From positions 1-31,975 of the IMG/VR virus record IMGVR_UViG_3300016484_000087: a DNA stretch of 31,975 nt. The stretch is one strand, 5' to 3'. Under the pieces are notes generated by a model, which was not told the DNA's origin, ran no database searches, and saw only the letters and a program-made list of their open reading frames with translations. Source of the stretch: a virus. Lineage: Duplodnaviria > Caudoviricetes. Of the stretch, positions 26,927-31,975 are shown piece after piece. Numbering within the stretch: the stretch's first letter is position 1; each line of letters begins with the position of its first letter. A program made the translations under genes and the position numbers.

Positions 26927-26945
26927 ATTTAGAATCATTCTAAAT
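26927..26945. promoter_or_regulatory. Perfect 9-1-9 palindrome, Fur-box-like operator
   Basis: ATTTAGAAT-C-ATTCTAAAT in the AT-rich intergenic region upstream of the small early genes. Confidence 0.6.
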
Positions 26946-27034
26946 TTGTGTAAAAATTAAAATTTTTGTGTAAAAAGTTTTTCAGTTATGAAACATTTTG
27001 TAATTTCACCACGTTAAACACTTAAAAAAACGCT

Positions 27035-27319
27035 ATGAAAACAACAGATTTCACCTTAAAATTCGGTAAGTACAAAGGACAAAACTTCCTTAACACTCCT
27101 AAATCTTACCAAGATTGGTTATTGAATCAAGATTGGTTTAAGATTCCTTCTAATGAAGAAAAAATGCCACGTATATCAAAGTCGTGGGATGGTTACTCAC
27201 GCAAAGGACAAGCACAAGAATGGGCTGTTTTTGAATGGGAACAAAGACAAGAAGCAAAACTTGACTGCAAAAGAGGCATTTGTTCTTGTTGTGTTGATTC
27301 AATGTATTACGGAATTTAA
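27035..27319 (+). CDS. Small protein with FGKYKG motif (DUF3820 / exonuclease X C-terminal-like)
   Basis: LKFGKYKGQ....PKSYQDWL. Confidence 0.6.
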   Translation: MKTTDFTLKFGKYKGQNFLNTPKSYQDWLLNQDWFKIPSNEEKMPRISKSWDGYSRKGQAQEWAVFEWEQRQEAKLDCKRGICSCCVDSMYYGI

Positions 27320-27370
27320 TTTAATAAAACGGGGGGTGCGCATCCGTAACGCACAATTAATTTAAACGCT

Positions 27371-27532
27371 ATGAAAACTTTTAAAATTGAATTTCAAGAC
27401 AATGACCAGAACGAATTGTTCACAAAAGTGGATGAATTCGTCAACATTGAAAGTGCTGAAATTTACGCGCAATTATTTATTGCAACCAGCAATATCAACG
27501 ATTTATCAACCTATAAAATAACTGAATTATGA
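27371..27532 (+). CDS. Hypothetical protein (53 aa; not in the ORF track)
   Basis: MKTFKIEFQDNDQNEL...KITEL. Same AAACGCTATGAAAAC start context as 27035, and ATGA-coupled to the next ORF. Confidence 0.7.
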   Translation: MKTFKIEFQDNDQNELFTKVDEFVNIESAEIYAQLFIATSNINDLSTYKITEL

Positions 27533-27702
27533 ACAAAGAACAAATGATTGAAATCATTCTTCAAGAAGAACGTGAAGCGTTTGAATTAATGAAAGAAATG
27601 ATTGAAAGCTTCGGTCGTTCCGACCAAGGAACAAAACGAGCAATAACACAATGGTGTGTGATTAGTGACTTAATTGATAAACTTAAAATTGAACAACAAT
27701 GA
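27529..27702 (+). CDS. Hypothetical protein (57 aa; not in the ORF track)
   Basis: MNKEQMIEIILQEE...KLKIEQQ, with ATGA overlaps at both ends. Confidence 0.7.
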   Translation: MNKEQMIEIILQEEREAFELMKEMIESFGRSDQGTKRAITQWCVISDLIDKLKIEQQ

Positions 27703-27818
27703 AAAATCTTGATCCTGAAGTAAAATTCGCTTTAAAACAATTCGCCGAATTCGTTAAATTCGTCGCAATGGCAACCGCATTCACTATTTTATCACTTTAT
27801 TTAATTTATATCCTATGA
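27699..27818 (+). CDS. Small membrane peptide (39 aa; not in the ORF track)
   Basis: MKNLDPEVKF...AFTILSLYLIYIL, with ATGA overlaps at both ends. Confidence 0.65.
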   Translation: MKNLDPEVKFALKQFAEFVKFVAMATAFTILSLYLIYIL

Positions 27819-28165
27819 AAGTAACATTCGACAAAAACAAGAAAAACTTTACCTTTGAATTCGACTTCGACAAATTCGGTGAAGGTTCATTCAACTTCGT
27901 GGACGTGAAATGTCTTGACCATGATATCGTTGACGTGACCATTGAATTCGAAGACGTTTGGACGACACAACACATCGGTGAAATCGAAATCGATTACATC
28001 CTGAACGAAGATGAATGGCAACAACTTGAAAACGAAGTCAAGCGACAAATTTTTGAAGACACCTTCGGATTCGACGCACATGAATTCATGTCCGACGAAG
28101 AACGCTGGAAATGGCACGAATACGAACAACAACAAATTCAACAAGCAAATGAAGATAAATTCTAA
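27815..28165 (+). CDS. Highly acidic hypothetical protein
   Basis: 116-aa D/E-rich ORF in the early cluster. Confidence 0.7.
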   Translation: MKVTFDKNKKNFTFEFDFDKFGEGSFNFVDVKCLDHDIVDVTIEFEDVWTTQHIGEIEIDYILNEDEWQQLENEVKRQIFEDTFGFDAHEFMSDEERWKWHEYEQQQIQQANEDKF

Positions 28166-28301
28166 ACCAAAGGAAAAAATGACATTACCGACAATGGTTC
28201 GGTGGTGGTCACGTCAAAGCTTTACGCATGACAAAGGTGGATCGTTCAACGTCCAGCTGTATTTGAAAATTTGTGAAATTAAACTTTTGAAAAATGTATA
28301 A
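28149..28301 (+). CDS. Hypothetical protein
   Basis: MKINSKPKEKMTLPTMVRWW..., from the in-frame ATG 28149 of the 28011 ORF. Confidence 0.55.
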   Translation: MKINSKPKEKMTLPTMVRWWSRQSFTHDKGGSFNVQLYLKICEIKLLKNV

Positions 28302-28437
28302 ACTACTCTATTTTTACGACGGGCGCTTGTCCGAATCTTATGAATTCCCAACGAAAGCGCTTTGTCAATGGCAAGTGAATCAATTCACGAAGCTTGGAAC
28401 GCACATTTATGGTCACTTTGTAATTCAAAAAATATGA
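28294..28437 (+). CDS. Hypothetical protein (47 aa; not in the ORF track)
   Basis: MYKLLYFYDGRLSESYEFPTK...FVIQKI, ATGA-coupled to 28434. Confidence 0.6.
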   Translation: MYKLLYFYDGRLSESYEFPTKALCQWQVNQFTKLGTHIYGHFVIQKI

Positions 28438-28688
28438 AAATACCACAATTGAAACGATGTTATTTAATCGTTGACATCCTGAACGATATGCAACCGCACA
28501 AAACGAAAGACCTTCAAGCAAAAATCAACGAAAAAATGGACGCTAATTATTGTAAAAGTCAAATTGAAAAAGACATTTATTGGTTGAAATGGAACATGGA
28601 CATGGACGAATACAAAGCAAGCGGTGAAGGAATTCAGTTACTTGAAAAGATTGACTTCTTTGAACGCTTAAAAAACTACTTACAATGA
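28434..28688 (+). CDS. Winged-HTH protein resembling the N-terminus of WYL regulators
   Basis: RCYLIVDILN....KTKDLQAKIN......CKSQIEKDIYWLK. Confidence 0.5.
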   Translation: MKIPQLKRCYLIVDILNDMQPHKTKDLQAKINEKMDANYCKSQIEKDIYWLKWNMDMDEYKASGEGIQLLEKIDFFERLKNYLQ

Positions 28689-29095
28689 ACGAAGACATCA
28701 AAGAACTCATTGCTGAATTTAAACTGGACAAACCGAATCGAAAACGTGATATCGTTTACAAGCGTTATTACTTAATGCACATCCTTCATTGCCGTTCACG
28801 GCTTTGCTTGCGTGAAATCGGTGAAATGTTTAACCGTGATCATTCAAGTGTGATTCATGCGTTGAAAGAACACGAACGGTGGTGGTCGCAATTGGACGAA
28901 GAATACCTTCGCGCCATTCATCCATTGCCTGAACTGGTGACGGACGAAGGTCGGATTCCGAAGAATCAGTATTTCGAATGTGAAACGACTGAAAACAGCG
29001 TCACAATTCACGGAAAGTTTACGAAAGAAGTTTTAAAAGAATTTGAAAAACCATTGACAAAGAAAGATATTTCACTTATATTTGCTCATTCATAA
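28685..29095 (+). CDS. DnaA C-terminal (domain IV)-like HTH protein
   Basis: RKRDIVYKRYYLMHIL...LREIGEMFNRDHSSVIHA matches the DnaA domain IV signature (IG..F.RDH.TV.HA). Confidence 0.8.
   Translation: MNEDIKELIAEFKLDKPNRKRDIVYKRYYLMHILHCRSRLCLREIGEMFNRDHSSVIHALKEHERWWSQLDEEYLRAIHPLPELVTDEGRIPKNQYFECETTENSVTIHGKFTKEVLKEFEKPLTKKDISLIFAHS
29054..29084 (+). promoter_or_regulatory. Bacteroidota-type promoter
   Basis: TTG (29054-29056), a 20-nt spacer and TATATTTG (29077-29084). Confidence 0.55.
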
Positions 29096-29114
29096 CATTT
29101 TGTTTAATTGGTTG

Positions 29115-29141
29115 AAAGCGCTGGGAAACTGGCGCTTTTTT
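29115..29141 (+). terminator. Rho-independent terminator
   Basis: AAAGCGCTGG-GAAA-CTGGCGCTTT followed by a T tract; GAAA tetraloop. Confidence 0.8.
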
Positions 29142-29317
29142 GCGTTACAACGCGACAAAGTTACAATTCCTTTTATATACCGCCGTGAAAAAAAAAGCGG
29201 TATTTTTAAGGGGGGGGGTAAAAACTTTTGTAATTTTGTCGCGCTTTGTGTCAAACGTAGTGTGGTATTGATTTATAGGCGTTACAAAATGCGTTACAAA
29301 AAATTATTTTTGTCGCG
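29142..29317. repeat. Putative replication origin: direct and inverted repeats
   Basis: GCGTTACAA at 29142, 29279 and 29291. 16-bp inverted repeat CGCGACAAAGTTACAA (29151-29166) / TTGTAATTTTGTCGCG (29228-29243). A further TTTGTCGCG near 29309, plus A9 and G9 runs. Confidence 0.6.
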
Positions 29318-29343
29318 GTGTGTTTATGAATGAAATTTATTTT

Positions 29344-29437
29344 TACTTTTGTCGACATGGCGCAATTAACAAAGAACTTATTAAGGGAATTGACCGAGTA
29401 AACACGCGCCATTGTTGAAAGGTCAGTTCCTTTTTTT
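29344..29437 (+). promoter_or_regulatory. -7 promoter box and structured leader/attenuator of the primase-helicase gene
   Basis: TACTTTTG (29344-29351), a 13-bp stem 29383-29395/29421-29433 ending in a T7 run, and a loop GCGCCAT complementary to ATGGCGC at 29357. Confidence 0.6.
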
Positions 29438-29449
29438 ATTGATATTAAT

Positions 29450-31837
29450 ATGATTCCAAACATTTCGGTCTTCAGGTCGTTATTTAATGCAAAAGAAACA
29501 CCGTTCACGATGAACGTGGTCGAAGTTTACAATCGAATCAAGAACGGCTATCCTGAACTGGTTTCGAAAATTAACCGACTTCGTGAAATGGACGAATCAA
29601 CCGAATCTTATCGTTCATTGAAGAATTCATTGCTTGCAATCATGTTCAATGGAACATTCAACCAGCGAACCGACAACGGCTTGATTGAACATTCTGGTCT
29701 TTGTATTCTTGATTTCGACGACTATCCTGACGAAGCAACAATGAACGAAGACAAGCAACGGTTCAAATCATTGCCATTTGTATTCATGGTCTTTACTTCA
29801 CCTTCGAATAAAGGACTGAAGGTTGTTGTCAAGATTCCGAAATCAACCAAAGAAGAACACAAGCGACGATTCAAAGCGCTTGAAATGGAATTCAATTCGG
29901 AATACTTCGACACGTCAAGTCAAAACGTTTCACGGGTTTGTTTTGAATCTTACGATCCAGACGCCTACATGAACGAATTTTGTGATGAATTCACAACCAT
30001 TGACGAAGAACGTGGACATGTTTTTCTTGAACGTCCACCAGTGTGTCGATTAGTGGACGAATCAAAAATAATTGAACGAATCATGAAGTTTGATTTCGGT
30101 GGTGAATTCAATTCAGGGAATCGGAACAATTACATTTTCAAGCTTTCCGCTTGTTTGTGTGAATACGGAATCACGCGCGACGTTGCTGAATATCACCTTG
30201 AACAATTCGTGTCAAGTGATTTCACAAAAGCTGAACTGGCGAACACAATTAAAAGCGCGTATCGAACCGCTGAATTCAAAGTGAAGTATTTCGAAGACAA
30301 CGAAAAGCTGACGAAAGCGAAGATGAAAATTCGTCAAGGTATTTCAACCAAGGACATCACCGAAGCGCTTGGACTGGATGAAGAACAAATCGAGGAAATC
30401 AAATCGGACGTTGAAAACAATCAAGACGTTTTCTGGACAATCACACAATTGAAAACTGGCGAAAAGATTACAATTGAACCGAATGAATACAGCGCCTTTT
30501 TATCAAAGCACGGATTCGGGAAATACTATCCAGAACGCGCTTTGTCACCGACCTTTGTGGTGGTGAATGAAAACAAGGTTCGCTTATCTTCGGTTGAACA
30601 AATCAAAGATTTCGTTTTGAAATACCTTGAAAAGCGTGGTGAAATTAGTGTGTGGAATTATTGTTCACGTTCGACGTATTTATTCAGTGAAAATTTCCTG
30701 AACATGATTGATTCGATTGACGTAAAAATGCTTCAGGACACCAAGACCGAATCGTTCATTCCATTCAAGAACGGCGTGGTCACAATCACGAAGAAGGACG
30801 TCACGTTGAAAAGTTACATTGATGTGAACGGCTACATTTGGGAAAATCAAATTTTGAACCGTGACTTCGTGAAGCTGGACGACCACAAGAACGACTTTCA
30901 AGATTTCATTTTTAAGGTATCGAATCAAGACCAGACACGAAGCGAAGCGCTTGAAACGACGCTTGGTTATTTAATGCACACTTACAAAGACAAGACCGAA
31001 CAAAAAGCAATCATTTTCAATGACCAAGAAATCGACGACAACGCGAATGGCGGTTCAGGAAAGTCATTGATGTTGACGGCAATTAATTACTTCAGGAATC
31101 TTGTGACTGTGGACGGCAAGCAATTCAATTCAATGAAGAATGACTTCGTTTATCAACGTGTGAATCTTGACACTCAAATTCTGGCGTTCGACGACGTGAA
31201 AAAGAACTTCGACTTTGAGCAACTTTTCAGCGTGGTTTCACAAGGAATCACGGTCAACCGAAAAAACAAGGACGAAATTTATATTCCATTCGAGCGTTCA
31301 CCGAAAATTGTTATCACAACGAACTATGTAATTGCTGGCGCTGGATCAAGTCACGACCGAAGACGACATGAACTTGAATTTTATCAGTATTTCAACGCGC
31401 AACATTCGCCATTGAAGGAATACGGTCGTTTGTTATTTGATTCGTGGTCACAAGATGACTGGTCAAAATTTGACAACTACATGATTTCGAACGTTCAAAA
31501 ATACCTGAATGAAGGATTGACCGCGACGACATCAATCAACGCCGACACGAAGAGATTCATTCAAGCGACTTGCAAGGATTTTTATGAATTCGTGCGTGAA
31601 GGGAATCTTGAACTTGATATTTACCATTACAATCAAGCGAAGCTTCAGGAATTCCAAAATGAAACGAATTCATTCAGGGACTTGTCAACACAAAAGTTCA
31701 AAAAATGGGTGAAGGAATACGCGAATCACAAAGGTTACAAATACACCGAAGGACACAATCATTCAGGTCGTTATTTTATCTTGACCGAAGGATCACCAGC
31801 GAATGAATTTACACCGAAAAACGATTGTCCATTTTAA
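29450..31837 (+). CDS. Primase-helicase (BT4734/VirE-N-like primase domain, PriCT-like domain, SF3/D5-like helicase)
   Basis: HSGLCILDFD, FTSPSNKGLKVVV, SRVCFESYDP, GNRNNYIF, Walker A GGSGKS, LAFDDV and KIVITTN. Confidence 0.85.
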   Translation: MIPNISVFRSLFNAKETPFTMNVVEVYNRIKNGYPELVSKINRLREMDESTESYRSLKNSLLAIMFNGTFNQRTDNGLIEHSGLCILDFDDYPDEATMNEDKQRFKSLPFVFMVFTSPSNKGLKVVVKIPKSTKEEHKRRFKALEMEFNSEYFDTSSQNVSRVCFESYDPDAYMNEFCDEFTTIDEERGHVFLERPPVCRLVDESKIIERIMKFDFGGEFNSGNRNNYIFKLSACLCEYGITRDVAEYHLEQFVSSDFTKAELANTIKSAYRTAEFKVKYFEDNEKLTKAKMKIRQGISTKDITEALGLDEEQIEEIKSDVENNQDVFWTITQLKTGEKITIEPNEYSAFLSKHGFGKYYPERALSPTFVVVNENKVRLSSVEQIKDFVLKYLEKRGEISVWNYCSRSTYLFSENFLNMIDSIDVKMLQDTKTESFIPFKNGVVTITKKDVTLKSYIDVNGYIWENQILNRDFVKLDDHKNDFQDFIFKVSNQDQTRSEALETTLGYLMHTYKDKTEQKAIIFNDQEIDDNANGGSGKSLMLTAINYFRNLVTVDGKQFNSMKNDFVYQRVNLDTQILAFDDVKKNFDFEQLFSVVSQGITVNRKNKDEIYIPFERSPKIVITTNYVIAGAGSSHDRRRHELEFYQYFNAQHSPLKEYGRLLFDSWSQDDWSKFDNYMISNVQKYLNEGLTATTSINADTKRFIQATCKDFYEFVREGNLELDIYHYNQAKLQEFQNETNSFRDLSTQKFKKWVKEYANHKGYKYTEGHNHSGRYFILTEGSPANEFTPKNDCPF

Positions 31838-31848
31838 TTTTATATCTT

Positions 31849-31975
31849 ATGAATTACTTACTTATTTTAGCGCTTATCTTGACCGTCTTCATTTGGACGT
31901 TGTCAATTTACTTGTTCGGTTGGTGGGGTGCGATTGCGTGTCTTGTCATCGGAATAAGTTCAACATTGTGGATTG
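31849..31975 (+). CDS. Small membrane protein, continuing across the window junction to position 17
   Basis: MNYLLILALILTVFIWTLSIYLFGWWGAIACLVIGISSTLWI, then ELKRK* using bases 1-17. Confidence 0.65.
   Translation, partial: MNYLLILALILTVFIWTLSIYLFGWWGAIACLVIGISSTLWI

Larger units (their letters stand above)
1..31975 (+). mobile_element. Tailed bacteriophage genome (siphovirus-like, probable Bacteroidota host), apparently complete and circularly permuted
   Basis: Terminase, portal, capsid, tail tube, tape measure, lysis and primase-helicase genes are all present with no host genes. The ORF at 31849 closes across the end/start junction. Confidence 0.92.

Noticed and set aside
29082-29508. ORFs 29082..29333 (+) and 29251..29508 (-)
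   Set aside because: They run through a terminator, homopolymer runs and repeats, and are better explained as non-coding origin/leader DNA.
1-31975. Lysogeny module, diversity-generating retroelement, tRNA genes or stop-codon reassignment
   Set aside because: No integrase or reverse transcriptase motifs, no long near-duplicate TR/VR pair and no cloverleaf noticed. Genes are intact in the standard code, and reading through the portal TAG would not reach the downstream domain, which is in another frame.

Overview
The window looks like a complete, circularly permuted ~32 kb genome of a tailed (siphovirus-like) phage of a Bacteroidota host. Host evidence: TAnnTTTG promoters, a DUF3127-like SSB and a BT4734/VirE-N-type primase-helicase. 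Joining the two ends completes a small membrane ORF whose stop overlaps the first ATG. All credible genes but one are on the + strand. In order: nucleases and ERF/exonuclease recombination genes, a sigma-like factor, an acetyltransferase/glycosyltransferase pair, terminase, tail genes, head genes, portal, lysis cassette, small early genes, an origin-like repeat region and the primase-helicase. I saw no integrase, DNA polymerase or tRNA. The most notable element is at the end of the portal gene: a G_GGA_AAG slippery heptamer, an immediate stop and a GC-rich hairpin 5 nt downstream. A -1 frameshift here would fuse the portal to a MuF-like Cys/His domain plus a lethal-factor-like HExxH metalloprotease, and a small Cys-rich putative immunity gene follows. 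This suggests a frameshift-dosed, virion-carried toxin module. Also notable are a hidden -1 frameshift product of the tail chaperone, a four-copy candidate late promoter, a Fur-box-like palindrome and pseudoknot-like RNA leaders. All product calls come from motif recognition by eye; no searches were run.
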